Shown piece after piece: positions 14,430-26,644 of a stretch of DNA of 64,000 nt. Both the position numbers and the translations under genes were made by a program. The DNA is from Tubiluchus corallicola (lineage: Eukaryota > Animalia > Priapulida), in assembly GCA_030141605.1 (NCBI GenBank), contig JAQGDQ010000085.1:124001-188000 (forward strand), written 5' to 3'. The notes beneath the pieces are model-generated. The model did no database searches, was not told the DNA's origin, and saw nothing but the letters and a program-made list of their open reading frames with translations. Position 1 is the stretch's first letter. Every line of letters starts with the position of its first letter.

Positions 14430-15007
14430 AGGAAAACCGGACCAAATCTTACACTGCAGGTCAGAACGTTGTACTCTTTAAAATATTGAAAGGGGGCGTA
14501 CTATTTTTTCAAGAATGACTTATGTGAGAGAATTATTACCTCACAAACTCAATTTCATGTTCGCGCGGCTATTTCTTCGCTGTTACATGCATTTCGCCAT
14601 TCGCTAGTTAGATGGGCACTAGCGCCTGCATTTCGGAAACGAAGTTGAACAAAAACAGGTGGTGTACCTCTCAATTCACAGGTGTTCGTTTGTGACGCAC
14701 AGCACATGTTCGATAGCTCATGTGTGAGCATAGCAGTAAATTCGAAATTTGAATTTTAAAACTTATCTTAAAACTTGTCGAGTTTCATTACAGTACAATG
14801 AATCTCTTACAGTAGTGCTGTACTTCCATCTTCGCTTGTGTTCATGGAATGTTTTTGCTATTTGAAAACTATGTTCCTTTGTAATGTCATCAGTAGTTGG
14901 GCTCGCCCGCCGTTAATTAAGATTTTAACCCATTATTTAATTATCAAAAACGCTTTTGCAGTATTATTGGCGTTAAAATGTATACTTTTTACCGTACTTA
15001 AAAGTGG
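14430..15007 (+). mobile_element. Kolobok-like element, copy 3 (right end unclear)
   Basis: TTAA-AGGAAAACCGGACC start; colinear with the other copies. Confidence 0.78.
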
Positions 15008-16069
15008 AGTATCATCTTACTCCAGAGGAATGCAACGCATTTAACGTCTCGTTCACTTTGGCATGGTGCACACTTTACCATCAGTTTTAGCATGGGGGCA
15101 TCCGTTAGTCTTGCCAGGCTAAACATTAATATTGTATTATTGAGTCAATTACCTTAATTAAGGCCTTAGTGAAAAAGTGAAACTTTTGGTGCGTTTTCAG
15201 GGTTTCAAATAAGCACAACAGTGTTTGAGAGGCAAGAAAAACGGCCAAAACTCGAACCCTGGTCACATTCCTCGTGAAGACTCTGAATGTGGTGTCAGAA
15301 TGTGTTGTTTAAAGTCAAACTAAACCCTCGCTGTAACATAAACTTTTACAAAACTTAAAATCCTACTCTTATTACGAATATTCAATTTATTTTATTACAA
15401 ACTTACTACAAAACTTGTTTCTTTTGATCTTTTATCACTTCGTTGTTAGCCGTATAAAATTTGAAGAACTGCCATTTTCGTTGCGCGAGATGAATGACGT
15501 AATAAGACCGTGGCGAAACCACCAAAAATTGGTAAACAAACATTGGTAACCAAAGGCGCTTTTTGCGCTACGTACATTCTAGCTCACTCACGCCAAAAAA
15601 ACGAAACATGGCGATCATTGCAGCAGTGCACGTATTCAAAATTTGCCAGAAAGAGGCAAAGTATTTCATTTATAAGTTTCTTTTGTTTCATAATAACTAT
15701 AAATTCTTCCTGTAATCATAATAATGCGTTAAAAACTTTAATGACTATTGTGGTTATGTAGGGCTGTAAATTCGAAAGAGATCTACGGCCACGTTAACGT
15801 GGAAACTTTGTTTCGAGACTGAAACGTGTTCATCATCCAGGTGAGACGCTGATCCAGCAGAGGTGTCTCAGTCACGATCAGAAGTGAATACGTCATTTCT
15901 CAACGAGACAAACAGCCACAATAAGTATGATGAATGAAACAACCCGGAGGGAGTATACTACGAATTATTCGAAGTAACTTTTTTTTTTAAAAATGCAATA
16001 CGACTTAGTGCGATACCTGAATGACAAACAACGTCACGTGACTGACTGCAATTTTCTCTCTGCGTCACA

Positions 16070-16460
16070 ATAAACTTTTTCACTGTTTCGTTGTGCACAG
16101 TATGCACACCCAGTTGCTGCAGGTCAAACGTTAAGTGAACCACAGTAACGCGTCTTAACTGCAACCGTCACGTGACATGCGTGCAAAGCCGTCGGCCGTA
16201 TCAGTTCAGTAACTTCAGTTGTTTTACGTGAACTTAACTTTATTATGCATTAATCTATGCGTAGAGTGATTTACTAGCAGGATCTTACTTGGGAACAAGA
16301 AAAATAGGTAAGGTTCTAGTTAGTTGTTAATTTGTTACTATCACAATGGCATGGGCTGCAAGGCGTTGTCAAGTGTACACAAATGCGTTGTCAGGTTCAC
16401 TTAACCGTTGACTTTTCACGATCATCATCAATCGCTGGAACTGTGAAATGGCTTATTTTG
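16070..16460 (+). repeat. Dispersed repeat with promoter/first-exon-like features, copy A
   Basis: Reverse complement aligns to 29095-29550 (shared core AGAGTGATTTACTAGCAGGATCTT.CTTGGGAACAAGAAAAA..TAGGTAAGGTTCTAG). Confidence 0.85.
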
Positions 16461-17379
16461 TTAAATGTGTTATAATCGATAGGCTAAATTACTTTTCTAA
16501 TGGAACTAAGAAGAAGGTAAATTAAATTAATTACACAAAGTTTATTTGTGAATATGAACTATTATTTACAATTAATCACCAATGATAGCACATAATGTTT
16601 TACACTGTGAACCAGTCTACACTCAAAACTTAAATTTTCACAACTAACACACTTAAATAAAATTAACCAAAAAATCGTTAGTTTAATTACTGGGCCGGTT
16701 AGATTCGGGTAGATTTTTAACTTACGAATTTTTCTTTTACCCTCAAATAGAACGTTGGTATGTCTAAAGTATAATTACGAAATAAAAACTAGAGTTTTAA
16801 TATTTTGCGTTACAAATTTTCCATTAATGTTGTCTAGGTTAACATGTAGTAATTTCTAATCTTCTTGATAGTTTGTATATGCTACAATATACTGTGCAAT
16901 TGTTTTTTATACTCTTCTGACCCCGAGTGTCTATAGTGTAATGCTGAGTTGCCCATGACGTTGTGCCATATCAATCGGGCCAATGCTATTATGTCATGTC
17001 ACCAAATATTTTGTCATAGTCGCGTTATGTCATAGGCTTGTGCGTATTGGTTTTTCGACTATTCCAACCAAAATGCAGGTTCAAACTTCCACAGTATGAG
17101 TATGTTACATAAGTGGTAAACTGTTGGACGACTTGGGCCTTCATTGAATTTTCAAATCAGTTAATCAGTTTTTCTTGGAGGAAACTGCCATGGAATAGCG
17201 ATAGGATAACCCCGAATGTAACACATCCCTTTCTTTGTGACCTATATTACCTACGTCAATAAATTATAATTTTATTGCTCATACCTACGAATATAAATAA
17301 ATACACCACTCATCAATAGTTATCAATAGATTAAGCTGTAATTTAAGTACTGGGCAATGACTTTCTACTGGCCTCTTTT

Positions 17380-17631
17380 CTACTTTCTTCTTCTTCGCTT
17401 TTTTATTTCAGCAATTTCTCCTTCGTCGTCTCCCATGACGTAGTCAACGACACAATCTACCCTGCACAACCTTGGTGTGTCACGACCAAAATAGTGGTGT
17501 TGCATCACTGCAACAAGCATGTTACCGGCGCTGACGACACAACTGTCGTCATCACTGTCAACACACATTTGACTAGCTTCCTCCATAAAACCTCTATCGC
17601 AGTCATCTCTTTCCACTCCGTAATCGTAACC
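17380..17631 (-). CDS. Granin/PLA2-like precursor, terminal coding exon (GYDYGVERDDCDRGFMEEASQMC...CVVSAGNMLVAV...CRVDC...KKRRRRK*)
   Basis: TTTCAG acceptor, phase 0; continues conodipine-like spacing C-G-x3-G-x-x-R-x-x-C-D-x-x-F; TAG stop; AATAAA on minus at 17271-17276; exon sum 1749 nt = 583 codons. Confidence 0.85.
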   Translation of the reverse strand, partial: GYDYGVERDDCDRGFMEEASQMCVDSDDDSCVVSAGNMLVAVMQHHYFGRDTPRLCRVDCVVDYVMGDDEGEIAEIKKRRRRK

Positions 17632-18404
17632 CTGAAACACAAAAGCACTATTGTCAGTAGTCACGTGATAACAACCACTTTTCTTAGGTTTCTCAGTTTC
17701 TCAGAAACGTCCGTTTTTCGAAATAGTGGTTAGTAAAACAACATGACGTGAAATGAATGCAAACACTTGTACAGTAACACAGTTAAAAGACAACATGAAG
17801 AAACATAAGACTTGGTTCCACCCAGAAAAAACGTTCCACCAAATTAACTCGTAGATGTTCATTCTGGTAGAAGTGTTTGTAAAACAAGTCCACATGAGCG
17901 TGTAGCCAGTTTCCCCTCTATGTTCAAGAGTTATAAATGCCCTCCAAGACCCCATCAAGTGCCACAAGAATATATTCTTTGGGATTCAAGCTACACGAAG
18001 ACGTGCGTTTCTTTTACAAGTGCCTCTGCCATGGTGAGGGACCTGTACAAACCTCTTGGCGATACATGAAATTTAACATAAAAAATTAGCAATTAAAATT
18101 AACGCCGAAAATTTCTTTTCAGAAATTCAAGTTAGTCATAAACATTCTCTATAAAACACAGTCATTGCTCGAATAATATGAACCATTTAATTACAATATG
18201 ATATGTAATATGTGATATGAACCAGTTAATTATTATAATCTTAATATCATGATTAATATTAATAATAGTACCAACCTGCAATTAATGAAATTGATTATAG
18301 TGGAATAGAAAATTAATTAGTTAGAATCACTCTTGTGAGAGCGATCTAACATTGGAAAAGCTGAATTCGGTTGCTAGCTATAAGAGATAAACTTTGGACT
18401 ACCT

Positions 18405-18490
18405 TGATGACAGTTTAGTAGTATAAAGCGTTTGCCTTGTAAGCAGAAGGTCTTTTGTTCAAATCCAAGCTATACTCCAACTTTTTCACA
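18405..18490 (+). mobile_element. Degenerate tRNA-like repeat (Thr-TGT-like anticodon arm) in last intron of the granin/PLA2 gene
   Basis: TTTGCCTTGTAAGCAGAAGGTC...GTTCAAATCC then TTTTTCA; acceptor stem broken. Confidence 0.6.
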
Positions 18491-19019
18491 TTTTCACTGT
18501 TTTCACACCGTTTTTCAAATTTGCAATCAAATTTATCTTAATATTGGTGTTGTACCTTAATGAACCTGTTGTAAATCCTTTTCGTTTCACCCAGCATTAT
18601 CCTGGTTGCGTTTTGTTTAGTAACTTAACAATTGCAAAGAACTTTTTTATAATTTTCGGGTTTGATCATTTTTTAAATCAGGTAGAAAATTCTGTCACCT
18701 GCAAATTGGAGAAATTGTGCTTCTACGTGTGCATGCATTCTCAAGTAATTTTCATCATTACAACATTCATCATTTGAAATTCTACATGCCTTCAGACCTA
18801 TTCAGATTTACTTTAGCTACAACCTCATCATTAACCCTCCCCAGAAACACAACACACAGCGTAATTATGAGCTGAATTGTTGAACAGTCGGCTTCGCCAA
18901 TAACTTGCCAACCACAGGTTGTTGCGCCATAATGAATAACCAACACTAAATAATTAACGAAAGGCATGCACAGCTTTCCATAAAGAATATTAGTGAAGAG
19001 GTGTTGAATTACTACGTAC

Positions 19020-19147
19020 GCATGTATAGCAGACTTCATGCTTGTTGCACATGTCCATGAAAATGTCCACTACTTCTGGTGGGGCGCCAGCTTCGACAGC
19101 CACGTCGCAATTTGTTACCATGACATCGATTGCAGGGCACTCATCTT
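19020..19147 (-). CDS. Granin/PLA2-like precursor, coding exon 3 (EDECPAIDVMVTNCDVAVEAGAPPEVVDIFMDMCNKHEVCYTC)
   Basis: TATAG acceptor, GTACGT donor, phase 1-0; ends in sPLA2-type C-x-x-H-[D>E]-x-C-Y-x-C motif. Confidence 0.85.
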
Positions 19148-20160
19148 CTATATACAAATTATACATACAATTACCATGCTATCATACAGCAATTAAATAG
19201 CTTAAATCAATTATTAAACAACTCGTACAGATTTTGCAACTTTATATAATCTTAAAGCCGCTGTGCGTTGCTCATTATAATAGTAGTTACTGGAAGAAAG
19301 TCACGTTTGCAATTATCTGAAGTGGGTATAGTCATGCAAAGAGTATTACTGAAAAGCTTAGAGTTGATTCGAGCAAATAAACTTTAAATTACTAATATTA
19401 TGGTGTTTGTGCACCTGCGAAGTTGACTCATTCACGTGACAATATAAGAGTGCACGTGAAATGAAACTGGTAGAAAAACCCGTTAACATTTTTAGCTATG
19501 CATTTTCTGAAAGAAAACGCTTCTCGATGCTACGTGAATTGTGAAATAAAACACGTGCTGGAAGCTTTTTAGAAATTATTGTCACTGCTTGTCTATTTGT
19601 GCAAAGTTATACGCTTGAGTCATCTTGAACAAGTAAAAATAATGATATGCAGACTCACTTTAGTTATCATTCTGAGAGATATAACTACGTCTGAAATCCA
19701 TTTGATGACATTTCAGCGATTTAAATTGAAGTTGCAAACAGGAAAAAGGAAAGGGGAAAAGAGAGAAAAAATAGAAAGAAACAAGTAAAAGAATGAATTT
19801 TTATAACAGGGTAGGACAAGAAGGAGAAGGAAAAGAAAAGAGAAGATTCCATAATTTAATAAACCGATTATATAACTGTTCAACTTGATTTTTTCTAATA
19901 AATCTTTCTTCATCATCATGCAAACTTTTTATTTTTTATTTTCCAAGTTTCTGTTTTATTGCATTACATTTCATTTTATTTTTTCTCATTTTTAATTTTT
20001 GTTTATTTAAAAAGTTATGACTATCATTAAAAATTTCCTTTAAAGCTGTAGATGGAAGAAGCCCCTTCATGCTTGTGGTAGTTTCACACTACAAGCGACT
20101 TAAACGAAAGCAGAACATTTGTATTGAACGCAAAAAATTATTTGTCTAGTCATTAGTTAC

Positions 20161-20274
20161 CCACATCCTCCCATTCTTTGCGTCTCCTGTAGAAGATTTC
20201 GTCTTTTGGTGAATACCTTGCACCAGGAAATGCCACCTGCTTTTTCCGTCTGTCTGGATACGCTACAGCAACAT
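20161..20274 (-). CDS. Granin/PLA2-like precursor, coding exon 2 (DVAVAYPDRRKKQVAFPGARYSPKDEIFYRRRKEWEDV)
   Basis: GTTTAG acceptor, G|GTAAC donor, 114 nt phase 1-1, open frame, continues the multibasic-site pattern. Confidence 0.8.
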
Positions 20275-21458
20275 CTAAACGAAACAAAATGGCGGTTGAC
20301 ACAGAAACTCAAATATTGGTTTTGTCAAGCTTTCGGAATGTTAATTTCTATCTTGATAACTCCCTCCCAACCTATTTTTGTGGCCTTTAAGCCATTCTTT
20401 GCTCCTGCTAAACCCTCCTTTACCCCAGTTTCCTCACCTGCTCCTCACTTCCCTTTCCCTCCAGCTGTCATCGCCAATCACCAAAGAAACTTGGTATCAC
20501 TGCGTTACGAAATGTGAAACAAATATTGATAAGGTCAACGGTACCACCTGAGAGCAAGGAGACTCCTCATAGTCCTGATGTTCAAGCACTTGTATCAACA
20601 CTGTCGTTCTTATTAACAGCTTTTTTTTCAAATGGAAGTACCCGCAGACCTCATTTAAAAAAATTTGTGACTAAAACAACACTTCCAGTGCTGGGTCAGA
20701 AGCTGCCACTTTGACCCTTGTCTCCTCGTCTAGGATTGTTTTCAAGTAGAGGAAAGACATTTTATTGATACTTGTAAATAAACTTTAATGATTTTAAACC
20801 ACGGCTAGTTAACCAGAACAATCCAGGTGCTCGAGACGGTCTGCGCCAAAATTGTGGAAAGTCTAAAAACTAGTTATAAATAATAAAAAGAGCTACATGG
20901 GGAGTTACTGAAGAACAGCAGGGACACTTCCAAGATTATCATACTACATAGCTTAATCCTGTACTGTAAGCCTACTTCTAGAAAAAACATTTTATTAGGT
21001 TTAATCTCACGTATTTTAAATACCTCGCGTAGTATTTAAGATTAAGATCATTTATTATCAATAAGCTTTCTAAAAGCGAATACGCCTGTGAGATTATATA
21101 AAGCGACTCTTATAAGCATTTTTGCCAAGATTGATATGCTTCTGTTTATTAATGACACACAAGGGCCACATTTGTTTTATCTAGTTTCTGAGACGTTCAG
21201 TGTGTAAAAGAGCAGGGAGCTCTATTTAAGGATTTCCACTTTTTTTAATTTTTGCAGCTTAATAGGCTTTATTAATTTTCTATTAATATTAATTTTTTCT
21301 ATTAATATTGTTGTTTACGTGTGTGTTTATGTACAAGAAATTCTATCTGCAACTACTTTTTATTTCCAAGAGCGCACAATTTTCTTGCAAATCAAGAAAA
21401 TTGCTGCACAAGTTACAAGACTGGAGTTGTTTAAAATACGTTTATGAAGAGTACTTAC

Positions 21459-22713
21459 CGTTGGGTAATGGTTGATTCCACCATCTTTCGCCTCTATTTG
21501 ACAGATACTGTCTTTTTAGTACTGCATTTGGGACTGCATCGAAGGAAAACGGCATTTGAGTATCGTAACGAAATGGCGGTTCGACATTATCACTTTCTTC
21601 TTCTTCAAATTCTTCGTCATCTTCAAAGTCTTCGTTATTCATCGTATAACTTTCCAATGCTTCAATTAGTTTTTCTGCATCGTAAGCAAGTCGCAGTTTT
21701 TTAAATTCACTTTCCAAATTGGGATCTTCTTCTGCTGACAAGTGCTGGCTTTGTGCCATTTGAATTTCTGAAAGTGCTTCGTCCAAAGCAGCATTTTCAA
21801 TGTCACTAAGTGCATCAACTACACTATCCAAGACTTCTTCAGTTACTTCTTCAGAATCTTCGGCTTCAGTACCGTCTTCTAGAGAATCTACAATATATGG
21901 CTCCTCATCTTCATTATCATTCTCATCTTCGATATCATCATTCTCATTTTCAGCTTCTAAACGCCCCTGTTTTTCATATTCTAAATCTTTGTTCATTTCG
22001 TTTTTAAACAAGTTAAACAACCACTCATTCATATCTTCTTTTGATTGTTCTTCATCAGATTCTGTTTCATCCTCTTCTTCTTCCTCCATTTCGTCTTCTT
22101 GTTCTTCACTATTATTTTCAGAATTACTGCCTTCCATATTTTCTGAATTATCTATCTCTTCTGCTGCTTTAATTTTTGCAAAAACTTTATGTAGTCTTTC
22201 TTGTTGGTCGTTTTCATCATCATCATCAAATCGCAAACGTCCGTAATTTTCACTCTTTTTTCGTTTCTGTCCTTCAGCACCCATTATGAATTGGAACTCC
22301 CGTCTACGCTCGCTCTCGTGATCTAAGTCTTCTCTTTTCTTTTTCTTTTCGTTTTTTCCATCACCCTGATAGAAGTTTTCCATATCATCCCTGTCAGCTT
22401 CTCTTGCACCAAATTGTGCTATTGCATTTGCTAGCACATCTCGCATGTCTCCCTCCTGTCTTTTCCTGACAGCAAGGCGCTTTTTGAACTGGTAAGGCCT
22501 ATGTAAGATGTCGCTGACTTGATTGTCATCCAAACTTTTTCTTTTACGCTGAATAACGTCTAAGGCGCGAGTAAGACTAGGCGCATCATAGTTGTCATCA
22601 TACAACTCAGCTGGCTCGTAGTACCTCTTCCTAAACGTATATGCGTAAGAAGACACTTCCGGAAAAAGCACCACTCCTATGAGGAGGCATGCAGCTACCG
22701 TTAGAAGCCCCAT
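21459..22713 (-). CDS. Granin/prohormone-like secreted precursor, coding exon 1 (signal peptide + acidic region with multibasic sites)
   Basis: 423-aa ORF; hydrophobic N-terminus MGLLTVAACLLIGVVLFPEVSS; repeated RKR/KKR/RRR/KRKK sites; E/D-rich body; acceptor TTTTTCAG at 22745-22752 upstream; donor G|GTAAGT after 21459 (phase 1). Confidence 0.9.
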
Positions 22714-24424
22714 TGCAAATGAACGCTAATGATAAAATGCCATCCTGAAAAAATACAGATAATTACCACCTTAATGCGCCTAGCAGCAACTATACAAATA
22801 GCACAAAATCTGTTGGGAGTAGCATCTCTATTCTTTACCCGCTGGCAAATTACCCCTTGTGTCGATTCCGGTTATAATTATTAATTAATCCATTTTTATA
22901 CTATATAAATCAAAAGTGCTGAAGTCAGATATTTTTAGCATTTCAGATTAATTGTGTTTTAATTCAATATTTTAGATTACTTGTATTTAGTTTCCTTTTT
23001 TATTTACTTGTAACGTTACTTTTATAAAGTCTGAAGATGAGTTGAGTTAAAAGAGTGTTTGTGACATTGGGTAGGGATAGAATAATGTTTATATCTCTTA
23101 TAAAGCTCATAAAACACATTAAGAAGTTTTGCAGATGGCTGACGAAGAAATTTCCTTAATTTCTACTATTACGGAACGCAAAATTCAATATTTTAGTTGC
23201 CTAATTCGTGCCAGTGTGATACAAGGATTGTTGCTGAAGTTGCTGGAATGTACCATGGATGCAAGTGTAGAAGCCAGAGGGATGGAGGGATGACTGAATT
23301 GTTGATGTTGATGATGTCTTTACCAGCTTCTTTTTGCAGGCAAGACTGAAAAAATCGGACATGACACTAGATGGTAATGATGAATTAAAAACTCTTTTTC
23401 AACAAACTGTGCTGTATATAAGCTGAAAGCTAACACACGTGTAGGCCTACAGACACTTTCATGCGTCATATTTAAAGAATATTATATCCACCAGACTGTA
23501 CCTTGATTACTTCTGCTAGTATATTGTGAAGTGAACTAATGTAATACATTGGCTGATGTCGGATAATGAGTGTCAGGCTTTTTACTAAAAATAATAAAGC
23601 CGATTAGACAATGTTGTCAAGAAATATGTATCTTCGAGGCATGGGGTGTGTTGTTTCTTGTAACGTGTTTGTCTAAGTCGCCTAGCAAACAGCTTTTGTT
23701 ATGCTTCAAGCATGTAACAATAGAATACGCAGTCGTCTTCTGCATGAAATGTCTAATGTATGAAATGCTTCCTTTTCTATGTGTTGTGAAATAACGTTTG
23801 TTAAACATTACGGTAAACTCTCTAGTCTTGCATTGATCATTATTGTCCTTAATTTATTAATATGCAAACTACAGCGTTTTTAGACCACGCAGGTACAATT
23901 TAACATAAGTACTAATGTGTTGTGTACTAGTGCTAGTCTTGTATTAATGCAATTACTAATTTAATTAATTAATTATCATTGTAAATATCATTATGTAGAT
24001 TCTGTAGAAAGCAAAGTTAATTTCATACGTATTTTACTCTTGAACAAAATTTAAAATCTTTTCGAACTTTGAGGCCAAAATTAAGCATTCGGTCTAATAA
24101 ATTTCACATTCTTGTCTTCTATAACAATCAAAACCTTTGTTGCTTGCCTACTGTTTCTGTTTTTCCTCTTCTTTACTAATAAACAAAAGGAAAGGACTGT
24201 GTTTACATAAATTTGTTAGTTTTAGTGAAGCCTCAAACTCATTGTATGAAACGAGATAAGAATAATATAACATGATAAGACCTGTTTGCTGGCGACGAGG
24301 GGGGGGTGCTAGACAAACACGCTGCACGAAAAAATATATGGGCATATTGGCATATTTCTCAACAACAGTGTCTGTACTGTTATATTACTTTCAGTAAAAC
24401 CTGAAACTTATTATCTGACATCAG

Positions 24425-24745
24425 ACAGTGTTTGGCCAAACAAAATTTCAAATCAGGATCTTTATAATAAAGTCAAAGCAGAGGAAAGAACAGTTAAAAT
24501 CAAAAGGAGAAGATTAAGATGGATAGGACATGTTATACGACCACCAAATAGGAGCCCATTAAAATTAGTTTTCAAAGAAGCACTACAAAAAGAAAAGAAA
24601 CCGCAAGACGGACAGCTGCTAACTTACATCAATTTCATCCAAATATATCTTATGAACACATAATTATATATCAAAAATCAAGAGATATGGAAAAGTTGCG
24701 GGTGACAGGGCAGCGTGGTCTAAAGCGACCGCAAGAGTCATATCA
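24425..24745 (+). mobile_element. RTE-type LINE 3' remnant
   Basis: Decayed frames WPNKISNQDLYNKVK...IKRRRLRWIGHVIR, typical of the post-RT end of RTE ORFs. Confidence 0.7.
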
Positions 24746-25685
24746 GAGGACGTGTGACTACAGAGACGAAATGAATGAAGCTCATTGTCAGGTAGTTCAT
24801 TTCCTATACTAAAGTCACCTTCCAATTTTTACACGTACTTTGTACTTCTTTGGTCATCTATGAAGACGAATCGTAAAAACTGATTAGGTGTTTGCAAAGA
24901 CAGCCTTTTTGGTATCGTGACTTTTAACTCTAAAGAAAATATAAACTCCTGCACCATCTTGCCGACTGCCGAGAGCGGTAAATGAATTTATGTGAAAACA
25001 TGTTTGCCATTAAAAACACACAGGCTGCTTATAATACCTTCAACTCTATCAGCCGACGTTCAAATATGCCATAATCCAGCTGACCTAAACATATGACAGT
25101 TTCAGGCAAAAGTGGGATTTGCGTGCATAACGCAAAAGAACAAAAACCTAAACGTGGCTTATTGCTTTTTTCAATTTGTCAAGATTTGTGTGCAGTAATC
25201 TCTAACCAAATGTAGTATCAGCGCCTTTTTGCATTTTCAGAAGTTATCAAATTTGATGTTGGAAAACTACTACCAAATCACATTAAAATGTCACATGGGC
25301 AACCCCATTTTACGTTTTAGTCACTTTATGCACTTAATGCTTTACTTAAGAGTTTTATGTTCTACATCTATGTACTGGTAAGTCGAAGTTTCAAGCGTTA
25401 CTTGTGAACTTGGGTAGCCAGGCCTATTCATATTAACGTAATGTGTTTCCGCTAAACAAGGTCGTCAACTCAACATCACGTTTTTTCAGACCAAATATAA
25501 CAAGTAAAAAGCAAGACGATGGCAGTGATGGCAACAAAAATACATCAGTGCCAAATGCGCTAATGCTGCCTTCGTCGCCATCATCATTATTGTCTTCACA
25601 AATACCACAACCAGTAGCGATAATAGAAAGAGCAGTGGGACAAAAATCAGCAAGAGAAGTAGTACCAGTATAACAGTAATAGTAA

Positions 25686-25968
25686 CAATGGTTGCAGTGG
25701 CATTATCACAACGCAAATGACAATGGTAGCAGTGTCATTATCACAACGCAACTGACAATAGTTACAGTTTCATATTACAACGCAAGTGACAATGGCTGCA
25801 GTGTCATCATCACAATGCAAATGACAATGGTTGTATTGTCATCATCACAACGTAAATGACAATGGTTGCAGTGTTATCACCACAATGCAAATTACATTGG
25901 TTGCAGTGTCATCATCACAACGCAAATGACAATGGTTGCAGTGTCATTATTACAATGCAAATGACAAT
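25686..25968. repeat. 35-bp minisatellite, about 8 copies
   Basis: Unit CAATGGTTGCAGTGTCATCATCACAACGCAAATGA. Confidence 0.9.
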
Positions 25969-26644
25969 GACAACCATGCACAGGTTTCACCATCAGTAGT
26001 GGCGGTAGGTGTAGCACCTGCACCAGATTCAGTAACACCAACAGTAGAAACGGCAGTAACAGCAATGAAACTGACACCGGTAACAACAGTGACACTGACA
26101 CAGATAACAAAAAAAAAACAAATGGCGATTACACAACATCATCGAGACCAGCAACTGATAGCTTATCTTTCTAATAAAGCAAAACTAATTTGCAAGATCT
26201 AGTAAAATTTAGCTCTAAAAACACGCCTAGTGGGCGTTCAGTGTATTGAAGTTACTGATTGTAGTAACACAACCTAGATTATAAAGGTGGCAGGAGCTAG
26301 AGGCAAATAATCAGCGCCATATTAATTAGAGTAACAGAATAGCAGTCGTTCTATGATTAAGCGACACATATATCACCTTACCTAGTGAACAGCATCACCA
26401 GTAAAGCCATATAATTGCACTGGCGAGCGAATTAGAGAATTATGAAAGTGTGCAAACAACCTAGACCTAGTTTGTATAGTAATATGAGGATCCTATGTAC
26501 ACTATAATGTATAAATGCTTATTTGCGCGAACTGAGCAGCCAATGAATTTATTTCTACGGTTACCTGTATTGACGATAACGTTAACCATCCAACCCGACC
26601 AGGAAAATGTGGAAGAGAGGTTTCTTGCGCTTTCTACTATTTCC

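Noticed and set aside
16280-16345. Spliced-leader RNA gene hypothesis for the repeated AG|GTAAGG cassette
   Set aside because: Putative exon about 105 nt, no clear Sm site or stem-loops, copies too diverged
20763-20862. Possible alternative phase-1 terminal exon for the granin gene (DFPQFWRRPSRAPG...*)
   Set aside because: Acceptor is plausible but there is no independent support; the 20274 exon fits the protein pattern better
21444-22246. Plus-strand Ser-rich ORFs
   Set aside because: Antisense shadows of the Glu/Asp-rich coding exon
25686-25968. 35-bp repeat array of CRISPR-like unit length, and overlapping ORFs
   Set aside because: Head-to-tail units without spacers, eukaryotic context, no cas genes: minisatellite
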